NCBI GenBank assembly: GCA_950097015.1
Contig: CATNEN010000039.1
Location: 19,034,001 to 19,098,000 of the forward strand
From: Macrostomum hystrix
Taxonomy: Eukaryota > Animalia > Platyhelminthes
Length of the DNA stretch: 64,000 nucleotides
Direction: 5' to 3'
Part shown: piece after piece, positions 11,939 through 23,236 of the stretch
How positions within the stretch are numbered: the stretch's first letter is position 1
How the letters are laid out: each line of letters opens with the position of its first letter
The notes under the pieces: generated by a model
What the model saw: the letters and a program-made list of their open reading frames with translations, nothing else
The model's database searches: none
Told to the model about the DNA's origin: nothing
Program-made: the position numbers and the translations under genes

Positions 11939-12247
11939 TAGACCCGCATCCAGCGAGGAGGCAATTCTGCTCATTTCGCTGATTCCTGAGCACACACACA
12001 CACGCACACAGTTACTGTACACAGGCACACGCTCACACAGGTGTGTACATCTGCCCTGACTTTCTCATCGTCAGGCAGTGTACACTGTCACAGCGCCTTG
12101 GAGGTTGGCCCTCAAGGGCGTAAATTTCACGACTATAGCCTCAAGCCTTCTCCGCGGCTGCTCCCCAAATGAAAGTGGCCTCGCCGCGGAATCGAACTTA
12201 GGTGCGAGAGGCAAACGCGTTTTACCGCTCTGCCACTTCACTCTCCT
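11939..12247 (-). mobile_element. Body and 5' tRNA head of the split family B SINE
   Basis: Colinear with 33124-33430; minus strand GTGGCAGAGCGG A box and AAGTTCGATTCC B box. Confidence 0.88.
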
Positions 12248-12468
12248 ATTACCCCAATATCAATTCACGCGAACTTAACTGCCTCTTTCGGAGTGAATAT
12301 AAAGTTACAAGCGTATATATTTACACCTTTGTTGAGTTAAAGAAGTATACATACATTTGTACCTATACATACCAACTCAGCACAATGTGACAGTCTTGCA
12401 TACTGTGACGTAGTAGTTTTTAAATCGATATTTTTAATCAGGAATACAAAGAAGCCAGGCTGCATTCT

Positions 12469-14570
12469 CTACACAATCAGGTCAAACAGCCTTCGCTTGG
12501 CACTGGCAGGAATTTCATCGGCGCTAGCGGCTGTGGCCAAAAGTCGAGACCGACCGAGCTGAACACCCGCATTCTTGACACAGCCGCGGGTACTTCGGCA
12601 TCGAAGCGCGTGGACTCGAACTAGCAGCTCGGTCAGCATCGCAGAGAAGATTCTGCTACGAACGCCGGGGTCACAGATCACGAACAGGCGATCGATTCGT
12701 CGCAGAATCAGCAGTCCTGGTCGACGCATCAGCTCGACGATGAGAAGCCTCGGTAGCCGGTCGCAATTTTTTTGCTGGTTGGTTGAGCTGACAACAGTAG
12801 CTGCCGAAATCAACTCCTCGATGTCGATGGCGTCCGCTGTCTCTTGGTCCGAGCTGGTCGATATGGCTGACGTTGCAGCGGCCAGCGCTAAGTCGGTGCA
12901 TTCAGGCGAGCCAGTTACTAAAGCAGACAGCCACTGTGGTTTGTTGGCGAATGCCAAGGACTGGGTTGTTTCAGGAAGCGGCCAATCAGCGCGTTGTAAA
13001 GGTAGTCTCGAAACCAGATCGTCAACTATTAATCGGGCACTGGCAGTCAGCATATCATCGGATTCTGGCACTGTAAAATAGGCATTGTGAATAAATTACT
13101 TAGTAAAAACTCATTATACAAGTGTTCTGCTTTCCAATTTTTGCCGTTATAATTTCACAGAAAATTTGAAATAATCAAAATCAACATTACCTTTAATTGC
13201 AAGCTGTTTCTGTAGGTCTGTGGCTCTGCTAGTGCTGTGCCTTAGCTGGTAGAAATTACTTGAGCCATCATGGGACAAAACTGCTTCTGTGGCATCTCGA
13301 TGCAGTTCCAGGGCTTTCTATTGGAACAGTCATTTAAGTGGATAAAAGAAATAGTTTATTTATTGCTAGTGTTTATGTTTTAGCTAAGTTTAGCTTTTTT
13401 CTATAATTTGATTAGGAAGTATTTTTAAAACTTTTTCATGCCGTGATTTATGTCATGCCTGGCTAAAACAATCAAATTATTTTTTTACTGCACAGAAAAC
13501 TTTTCTGCTTTGTCGAAATTGAGCAATCTAAAGTAAAGCCATAACTTAAAATTAAAACATGATGGAAAGCTTGGACACGTTTTAATTGCATAAAAATAAT
13601 AATATTTGTTTTTTGCTATATTCCTTATACCTTACAGCCATATAGTTGCTACTGTTATAGTAATTATATTTTTTTGGCTGTTAGTTTTGCTATAAGGTAC
13701 AAGAAATTTCAAAATGATTTAAATGCAACTAAGTAAGTTAAATAAAATTTTCATTATATATCTACACTTTTAGAGCCCTCAAAGCCCTGCAAGTTAATTA
13801 ATGCCCTAGCTACTAATAAAAATTCTATTAGAGTTAGAGTTAGTTAGACAGGTCTTGGAGAGCTAAGTACTATTACTATATGCATTGATATGGGACTACA
13901 CATACAATACTAACTTCAGAGTGTCTCTATACAACATATTTTATACAAATAGCTATGTTCAATCCGAAAGGAAAAAAAGAAATTATATGCCAACGAAACT
14001 TGTGACAGTTGTGAGTTTTTCATTTTCATTTGACAAAAATATGTATATGAAAATAATACTTTTATAAACAAAGCTATATAAAAACAATGGAGCTTAATGT
14101 TGGGCATGCTGTACTAAGATAAACGGATTTGTATTTGCTCCAGATCAAAAGCAATAGTTGATTATGTGCTGAAAAAATGACTTTTTCCTATCTCCGCATT
14201 GTATTTTTTTCAGGAAATCGGCCTTTGAAAAAATTTACACGATCTTTGAGTTTCCCGTCCTGTTATAGCCTACTACAGTGGTCCTTGGCTATATTTTGCT
14301 AAAAATAGTATTTACCATGCAGTTTTTTGCTGCTGTGAATGTATAACAAATATATAATAGATTTCGCCTCACATACGAGTAAAAAAGTAATAAAGAGCTG
14401 TTAAGAAAAAAAAATTCTATCCATCATTTGTAGTATATCTATATATAAATGTTTTACAGGAATAAAATACTAAAAAATGTAATTTACTCCCTTACACTGA
14501 GCTTGTCTGCCTCTCCACAGTTGCAATGCTTTTGTGTGGGTTCAGGCTTTCTGACTACGCTTTCGTCCAT
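12469..14570 (-). CDS. Hypothetical protein, ~267 aa, 3 exons, no recognised domain
   Basis: Exons 14570-14496 (MDESVVRKPEP..), 13317-13191 and 13070-12469 join in frame with GT-AG boundaries; GC-rich last exon. Confidence 0.65.
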
Positions 14571-15021
14571 TTTAGCTCGCCAAGAAGTTTAGTATTATTA
14601 CATTTTTACATTCATGACTTTTTTCATAAGATAAGTTTATATTTAAAAGACATAGAGAGAAAATCATAAGAAAAATAATTTGCGAGCGTCAGCGTCGAAA
14701 CTACTGTTAGCTCGTAAATTAATTCCAACGTTGTAACTTAAAGTCGCTATATAACGCAAGTAATTCTTTATTTTGGGATAAAGATGTATAGAAGTTTTCA
14801 TACAAACAGCACGTTTTAATTATTTATCTGAAATTTTCATTAATAATTTTGTAAACACAATTGTTTAAATTAGTCTTGTCACGCCAATATTTGTTTTAAT
14901 GAAGCCGTGTGTTTAAGTCGTTTTATTTTAGAGTACATCTTTTGGTTTGTTTAATAACTAACTATTATTATTTATGATGCCGTATAGGTGATATCTTTAG
15001 CATATATTAAATATACATTTT

Positions 15022-15397
15022 GGTAGTGTAGCTCGCTTTAAAATTAGCAAAAGAGCAAACGTCAAGACAAACATTTATTATTTAAACTGCCGACGCGTTT
15101 TGTCCAAAGCGGACATAACGCGTCTCGATTTTTGAGTACAACGAGATCAATTTTTTTATCTCGTTGTACTCGGTGGTGAGGTGGTTGCTCCCTCTTCACT
15201 GATTGGTCGTTCAAAAGTTTACAGCATGCTCTTTCGTTCCCTCTGTTTATTTGTTCGCTCAATATTTTTCGATTTAATTTAAATACATTTTCGGTTGTGT
15301 GTTTTTTATGGTTCGTTTGCCCTGAAGATGTCCGCTTCGGACGAAACGCGTCGGCAGTTTAAATAATAAATGTTTGTCTTGACGTTTGCTCTTTTGC
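15022..15397 (+). mobile_element. Non-coding Penelope-like retroelement derivative (pLTR fragment plus inverted truncated copy)
   Basis: 14 bp direct repeat TAAATATACATTTT at 15008-15021 and 15398-15411; 73 bp inverted repeat 15044-15116 / 15328-15400; hammerhead followed by AATAAA. Confidence 0.8.
15318..15356 (+). ncRNA. Minimal type I hammerhead ribozyme
   Basis: TGCC-CTGAAGA-T-GTCC(GCTTC)GGAC-GAAA-CGCG-TC-GGCA: stem I TGCC/GGCA, core CUGAAGA and GAAA, stem II GTCC/GGAC, palindromic CGCG in place of stem III, GUC cleavage site after 15352. Confidence 0.88.
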
Positions 15398-16333
15398 TAA
15401 ATATACATTTTATGTCTTGTGTATTATTTTACCGGCTTTTATTTTTTAGATCTCAAATTATTTTACTTTCGCTGACAACTGACACTTAAGGTTAAATGTC
15501 GAAAGCTAAAGGGGTTCAAAATTTAATTTGTTTCAATGTTCGAATGCATAGATTTTATTCACTAGCTATGCGTACAGGACAAACGTGACGGTAAAAGTGT
15601 CTGTTAAAGAGTCAGAAAACATTTCTAAGGTATATAACACGTACACTCTAGTAATCTTAAAATTACTAGTAGAAGTTTGGAGAATATCTAATTCTTTACT
15701 TCTAAGGTCAAGATTACGAAGCGGCTCTGAATAGCAAGTTAAAGAAACCATAGGACACATAAATAGGGTGCACCTGAGCACCCTGCAAATGGTACACACG
15801 TATGGTCTAAACCGTTTTATACGCAGTTTTAATTGCAGCGGGGATGTAAGAAAATTCTGTTTGGACACCATATATATATACTAGGTGAATATACTAGAGA
15901 AAGATGATTAAAACAAAATACAAGCATGTTGTAATCACTCGCATTTCTCAAGAAAAGCTTGCCATTTTTATGATGAATATATAATTTAAAGTTGGAATTG
16001 CTTGATTGACATGGCTGAAACATATAATTAAATGTACATGAAAATACTACTGTTCGAAGCGTATAATTTTTTTAAATAGATTTGGTGACATAATGCATTG
16101 GCGCATACAGGACACAAGGACCATGAGATATAAGTTTGAATACTTCTATAGTGGTTCTTTCAGGGCGATTCACAATTTACAATTAAAAGTCGTGATTTGC
16201 ATGAATGATGGAAATGGGAAAATTATTTTATTACAAATATAAACAGCTTCTACAGAACTATTGCTTAATTTCTTATTGGCATTGATTGTTTATCGAATGA
16301 GATGCACAGAAGACGGCACAAAATAGCGAACAG

Positions 16334-17228
16334 TTAATTAATAAGGCGAAGGAATTCCTCCCTAGTCTTCAGGTCGTCTCTGAAGCAGCCCAGCATGGTG
16401 GACGTGACGGTGACAGCGTTGATCTTCTGCACACCCCGCATCACCATGCACATGTGAGTGGCCTCCACCACCACTCCGACACCGTTCGGCTGCACAGCCT
16501 TTGTGATGGCCTGAGCGATCTGCTTGGTCAGGCGTTCCTGAACCTACAATTAATTCATGGCAATTTTTAAAAGGAAGCGAGGCAGTTTGTGTCTGAAACT
16601 TCTTAATTATCAGTAGTTTTCTCCATCGACATGATTTCTTGTCAAGAGACAATCATTGCCAACTGAATGAAATCCATGATGAAATATTCAGGTTTAGCTC
16701 ATTTATCTCGCTAGGACAAATGGAAACTTACCTGCAGACGTCGACTGTAAATCTCAACAATGCGAGCCAGCTTGCTGATGCCTAGGACACGCTTGTTCGG
16801 CAGGTAGCCAATCGACACCTTGCCGATGAATGGAACCAAGTGATGCTCGCACATGGAAAACATCTCGATGTTCTTCACCACCACCATCTCATCGTGGTTC
16901 TCGTCGAAGATGGCATCGTTAAGCACGTCTTCGACGCTTTCCTCGTAGCCTGGAGATGAGATAAAGTGATATAGAACAGTTCAACCCTTCTAATTGCAAC
17001 GTTTTAGCATCAAAGAGATGACTCACCCTTGGTAAAGAACAGCATGGCTTTGGCGGCTCTGTTGGGCGTCTTCTTCAGTCCCTGGCGCTCAGTGTCCTCG
17101 CCCACCATTTCGATGATGCTTCTGTAGGCGCTGGACATTCCATCAAACACCATCTCTGACGGACGTTGGTCAGCACTGTGCAGTCCATTTGAATCCTCTT
17201 TGTGCTCAGGAGCTTGAAAGCGGGACAT
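16334..17228 (-). CDS. GCH1: GTP cyclohydrolase I, copy 1 (~209 aa)
   Basis: Exons 17228-17027, 16949-16732, 16543-16334; [62 protein letters not shown]. Confidence 0.93.
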
Positions 17229-17835
17229 CGCGGGGTGACAGTCATGAGTTCTACGCAAGTACCTAACTTCTGCTTCATATTGTAGTCCAATTATTCTCAA
17301 ACTTTACGAGCGTTGATGTCATTGTGCATAGAAATGTGTAGTTTGTTGCTCGAGAAAGTCTAAGTGGAGCATTCTGCTATTGCTTTTGAGAAGTCGTTGC
17401 CATGTAAACTTATCGGATTTAAGAGGATCGCTAATACAGGTGTATCATAAAGGTTTTGCAACCTATTTGTGCAAAATATACAATTAAGGTCTTCAACATC
17501 TTGAAATGAAGGTCAAACCCTTAGTTGTTGGTTGTTATTCAATCTATTTAAGCGTGGACTGAAGTAGAGATACCTGATGAGTTTAATTTTAGAAAGGGAA
17601 CATCCGCGCTTCAAATAGCGTATCGGCCCTAAAATCGCCAGAAATTTCTCTTCTGTTATTAGATTAGCAAAACATTCTGCAGATTTCAGTGCGCACGTGC
17701 GGTGGGTTAGCCTGTCATCAGCAGAAATTCATAAAGTGGCATGAGCTTCGAAAACAATAACAAATTGATAGACACTCAGCGAGGCGGCACCATTGATTGA
17801 GTTGTTCTAAGCACATTATAGCTCGTAGCCCTCAC

Positions 17836-18632
17836 CTTTGGTGCAGAGCTGTAGCATGGTCTTGGCTGCAACATTGGGCGTCTTCTTCAGTCCTTGACGC
17901 TCGGCATCCTCGCCCACCATCTCGATGATGCTTCTGTAGGCACTGGACATTCCGTCAAGCACCTTCTCGGACTGAAGTCGGTCAGCTGCGTCCAGTCCGT
18001 TCTGCTGATCTTTGAAGTCTCCGTTGCGGCCATTGTGACTGTTTCCTGTAGAGAAACGCAACGGCTACACTTCACAGTGTTAAGAGCTTCACTAACAGAA
18101 ATAATAAAAAGCACATCACTCGAAGTTAGTGCACACTAACTCGCCCGTCATAGTCTTGAAAGGATTCAGCTAAACAGTTCGATGCAGAACTGAGCAACAA
18201 TGTCATTCATTGTGACGCAACTCAAATATAGTGCGAGGGTAGACTCTAGATACGCGTGCACAATTAGATAGATAGAAATTACACTTGTCTGAGTTGTGCC
18301 AGAGGTATACAGCCAGGGACAAAAAGCCGCAACTATTCCGCGGCGCAACTGAAGGCTGCGTACAGCTGTTCAGTCCGTGGACAATGGAGGTCACGCCACT
18401 TCCACCGGAATTTCTTCCCAAGCTGATGCTGATACCCAATTCACAGCTGGGTGAACTGAAGCACTAGTATAGAAAATTGAAAGAGTGGGCTGAGATTCGA
18501 ACTACCGACCACTCGGTCAGAGGGCCAAAGCTCTAAGGGCCATAGGATTACACGAGCTAGTATTATTCACCGTTAACATTCAAGCTTACCAATGTAGGCT
18601 CTGTAGGCAGCTGTGTGAGTCTGATTAGACAT
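17836..18632 (-). CDS. GCH1: Extra GCH1 N-terminal exons (alternative 5' end for copy 1, or a truncated third paralog)
   Basis: Exon 18632-18590 ([15 protein letters not shown], phase-1 GTAAGC donor) plus exon 18045-17836 (..[37 protein letters not shown]); phase-compatible with the 16949 acceptor. Confidence 0.65.
18345..18552 (-). mobile_element. SINE family A copy, intronic
   Basis: GAAGGCTGCGTACAGCTGTTCAGTCCGTGGAC..CAAGCTGATGCTGATACCCAATTCACAGCTGGGTGAACTGAA matches the 2.1k copy; B box as GAGATTCGAAC on +. Confidence 0.8.
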
Positions 18633-19135
18633 TTTTCGAGTAAATGACAGGTGATAATCAAGCACGAATACTTCTACAGAGTTTCCTAGCAAATTTTTCT
18701 CTGCATCTGGGTTTCGCTTTCGCATCTTATTTATATACAGACTTTGTGTGTTTATGTAGGCGGGCAGTTCAAATTTCGGTCGGGATTCAAAGCCAATAAA
18801 AGCCTAACAGGACAACAGGACAGTATAGTAACCTCAGGCACCTCCAAATTTGTAGAATTAACTAAAAACTATCGTTTATTTGCATGTCCGCAATGAAAGT
18901 AACAATGTCTTCAAGCAGCCCTTAAAATACACATGTACGGTAAGGCATCTACATATGAAATATTGAATAACCGAGTTGGGAGGAAGTCTTTTATTAGCTG
19001 GTCGATGAAAGAGGTGAGTACACAACACAGCCCAGAAAAATATGCTTCATTTTCAGTCTCAATCGCTTTGTTATAGTGGAAGTCAAAGACAAACGACTCA
19101 TCGCCACTGATGATGTTGAAGCTTAAAATTAGCTG

Positions 19136-20928
19136 CTACTTGATGAGGCTAAGGAATTCCTCCCGGCTCTTCGGGTCGTCTCTGAAGCAGCCCAGCATGG
19201 TGGACGTGACGGTGACAGCGTTGATCTTCTGCACACCCCGCATCACCATGCACATGTGAGTGGCCTCCACCACCACTCCGACACCGTTCGGCTGCACAGC
19301 CTTTGTGATGGCCTGAGCGATCTGCTTGGTCAGCCGTTCCTGAACCTGAGTAAAGGTGGAGAATGAAGTGCCAGAAGTCGAACGAATGACCTATCGAGTT
19401 CTCATCCTTGGCTCCCCAGTCCAGCCATGCGATTCTCTTCTTCAGGAAGCCCTGAATTTCCTGCGCCTGGCACTTTCTACACCGACTAAAAAGTTAACTT
19501 ATAAAAAAAACAAATTTACCTGCAGACGTCGACTGTAAATCTCAACAATGCGAGCCAGCTTGCTGATGCCTAGGACACGCTTGTTCGGCAGGTAGCCGAT
19601 CGACACCTTGCCGATGAACGGCACCATGTGATGCTCGCACACAGAGAACATCTCGATGTTCTTCACCACCACCATTTCGTCATGGTCTTCATCGAAGATG
19701 GCGTCGTTAAGCACGTCTTCGACGCTCTCCTCGTAGCCTGGAGATGAGGAAATATGGAAAATTGGTCACTAAAGCAGTTTTTCCTATTGTACTAAATCTC
19801 TAATCATTGTTTATTTTTTTATTTATTTATTCGTACAAACGCTACAGAACAACAATGTCTTAGTGAACAACAATACCAAAAAGTGCCAATTAATTCTAGG
19901 ATTAGACTGATCAAATTTCATCATTCTGTCTCAATGCTAAGTGGATTAAATATTCAAAAAACTGTTTTAGATAGTGCCAGCGGGCATACCACTACTGCCA
20001 ATTTTAATGATTGCATCAGGGCCAGTTTAACAAGGAGTCTAACAGTTTATAAAGGAGTCTTACAGTTTTCAAGGGAGTCACAAGTAACAAGAGATATTTT
20101 TTGCCTGAGAAAAATCTGTTCTCTGTTATATCGGGGCAATGTTTTCCTGTCAATGAAAGAGGGCAAATATTTCTTGCTGGGGATTTGGTAGCCTGGTGTT
20201 ATAAAGGTTCCTTCTGTTTTGGGGAAATTAGTTCTTTGCTACTGAGGGGACATTAGTTCTCTGCAGCTGGGGGGACATTGGTTCCCTGCTGCTCAGGGGA
20301 TTCGCGTGTACCTTAGTAGCATTAAGCTGAGTAGTATCAAACGTAAGTTACTTTTGTAATTCTGCCCCAAATGTGCTCTTGGTGTACTCTTGAATGTCTC
20401 AGAATGTATTCGAGCTCAGGCTAACTATTTTTGTATTTAGTAAGAATTCAAATTCTCGTTGAATCGCAATCACGTAATCAGGGAAATTAATACTGACGAA
20501 ATTAGTTTTTCGTTTTTGTTTACTTTCAGGTGTGTTTGTCCTTCTGCATTACACAAGATTTTCTTGTCCGAACTGTAGTGCCCCCCATCGGGGGCTTAGT
20601 GTGCTAGTGTAAATTTTGAAATCCATAAAAGCTTTTTATTTTTTGGAACACATTTGGACTTCAATCTAGATTAAGCCAACTCCGTGATGCGTCATCGTAA
20701 ATGCGTTACTTCATGACTCACCCTTAGTGAAGAACATCATGGCTTTGGCTGCTCTGTTGGGCGTTTTCTTCAGTCCCTGACGATCGGCATCCTCGCCCAC
20801 CATCTCGATGATGCTCCTGTAGGCGCTCGACATTCCGTCAAGCAGCTTCTCCGACTGACGTCGTTCAGCGTCATGCAGTCCGTTTGCCTGCTCTTTCAGC
20901 TCACCGTTGCAGCCATTGTGGCTGCTTT
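19136..20928 (-). CDS. GCH1: GTP cyclohydrolase I, copy 2 (first exon uncertain)
   Basis: Exons 20928-20722, 19737-19520, 19345-19136, same intron positions as copy 1; CEHH and HMC zinc-site motifs intact; a phase-1 micro-exon at 21308-21296 (MLKL) is only a candidate start. Confidence 0.9.
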
Positions 20929-22177
20929 CTGCAAAGAGAAGAGAGGTGGTCGTCACATGTTCAGCCCATGAGGCACTTGTTTATATTTTTAGTACGACAT
21001 CCTTCAAAACAAAGCAGAACCGAGCGTATTGTTGCCTCCTAAGCCTCAGCACGCACAACGTGTTGCATGGTTCCTAGTCGACCCAACGGCTACTTGAATG
21101 GGTGCCCACGGGTTCAAGAAAGTAGTTTTTCTTGCCTGCAGAGTCTTTGTCGATAGCATTGTGCGATACGCTCTGATCCATGATTAAGAAAACGGAACAA
21201 AGTTTAATTATTGTTCAATTGCTGAGTACTTTTCTAAGCAGAAGCTAAGTGTAGACGATTGCTTCGGAGTTTGGTGAACAGAAGATTTTGCTTACTTAGT
21301 TTTAACATATTTTAAATGCGAGCAGGAGGCCAAGTATGCATTTAGTAGTGAGGCCGGGTGGGGTGGGTCGGCATGTGCTTGTGACACCGGAGGGGTTTGC
21401 ATGTTGGAAACGAGATCAGCAATGTGTTTTGGTAGCAGCATGGACTCAGATCAGAGAGCAGCTGCTTTTCGATGCGATTCGTCCAACTCCCTGGATCTTC
21501 TATACAGTCACTATTTCTCTAATCGCGACTATTTGTTTAAACTGAACGCGGTCTCGTGCCATGTACAATACCCCTCTAAGCTATTGTGTTAAGTTCTCGT
21601 TTAAAAGAATCCAGTCCTACCCGTTCGATTTGCTTAACGCATATTATGCGACATGCCTGCGCTTTACAAAAGAGTGAGAAATCTATTAGCTCTCCTCATT
21701 CGACATGAGTCTTATGTCTGTGTGCTCTAAAAGTGTTGCTTAAATACCAAACATGGAACTGAATGGGATATTACTCGTGCATAAGCATTTAAATAGGCGT
21801 TTACAACCTCAGCCATCTATATAACATAAAGCTGTGAGCGTACCAGAAGTAGAAGTCGCGAGTTGCGAATTGCAGACTCTGGCATCTCGAATTTGCTCAT
21901 CTCTGAGCAGTGAGCCGCAGACAGTTGACTTGACAATTGATACGATTATTGTGGCAGTCTATTTATAAGCTTTATTAGCACAATAGGCTTTTCATGACTC
22001 CTGTACTGCATAGTGCATGATATTATAACTGCTTGAAGAATAGGACAATGAATGCCACTCCTGATGCCAAGTAAACTTAGTACTCGTAGGACTCATTTCT
22101 TTTAGCGAAACGTGATCAGACAAAAACACACTTTGCTGGCTGCTGTGAATATCTCGGAGAAGTTTTCTGCCTTCCAT

Positions 22178-23236
22178 TGTGTCTCATCTCTCCCCTGTCT
22201 CATCTCTCCACTGTCTCATCTCTCCCCTTTCTCATCTCTCCCCTTTCTCATCTCTCCCCTGTCTCATCTCTCCACTAGCTGTCTCATCTCTCCACTGTCT
22301 CATCTCTCCCCTTTCTCATCTCTCCCCTGTCTCATCTCTCCACTGTCTCATCTCTCCACTGTCTCATCTCTCCCCTTTCTCATCTCTCCCCTGTCTCATC
22401 TCTCTGCTGTCTCATCCCTCCAATGTCTTATCCCTCCAATGTCTCATCTCTCCCCTGTCTCATCTTTCCACTGTTTCAGCTCTCCCCGATCTCATCTCTC
22501 TCCTGTCTCATCTCTCCAGTGTCTCATCTCTCATATTTCATTTCGCCCCTGTCTCATCTCTCCCTGATGTCATCTCTTCCTGATCTCATCTCTCCCCGAT
22601 CTCATCTCTCCTCGGTCTCATCTTTCCCCTGTCTCATCTCTCCCCTGTCTCATCTCTCCCCTTTCTCATCTCTCCCCTTTCTCATCTCTCCCCTGTCTCA
22701 TCTCTCCACTAGCTGTCTCATCTCTCCACTGTCTCATCTCTCCCCTTTCTCATCTCTCCCCTGTCTCATCTCTCCACTGTCTCATCTCTCCACTGTCTCA
22801 TCTCTCCCCTTTCTCATCTCTCCCCTGTCTCATCTCTCTGCTGTCTCATCCCTCCAATGTCTTATCCCTCCAATGTCTCATCTCTCCCCTGTCTCATCTT
22901 TCCACTGTTTCAGCTCTCCCCGATCTCATCTCTCTCCTGTCTCATCTCTCCAGTGTCTCATCTCTCATATTTCATTTCGCCCCTGTCTCATCTCTCCCTG
23001 ATGTCATCTCTTCCTGATCTCATCTCTCCCCGATCTCATCTCTCCTCGGTCTCATCTTTCCCCTGTCTCATCTCTCCCCTGTCTCATCTCTCCCCTGTCT
23101 CATCTCTCCCCTGTCTCATCTCTCCCCTGTCTCATCTCTCCCCTGTCTCATCTCTCCCCTGTCTCATCTCTCCCCTGTCTCATCTCTCCCCTGTCTCATC
23201 TCTCCCCTGTCTCATCTCTCCCCTGTCTTATCTCTC
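22178..23236. repeat. 16 bp minisatellite (TGTCTCATCTCTCCCC) with a 434 bp higher-order duplication
   Basis: Reverse complement of the 2.3k family; variant pattern repeats at a 434 bp offset (22423 vs 22857). Confidence 0.95.

Noticed and set aside
17574-17605. CTGATGAG...GAAA hammerhead-like words
   Set aside because: No complementary stems I or II
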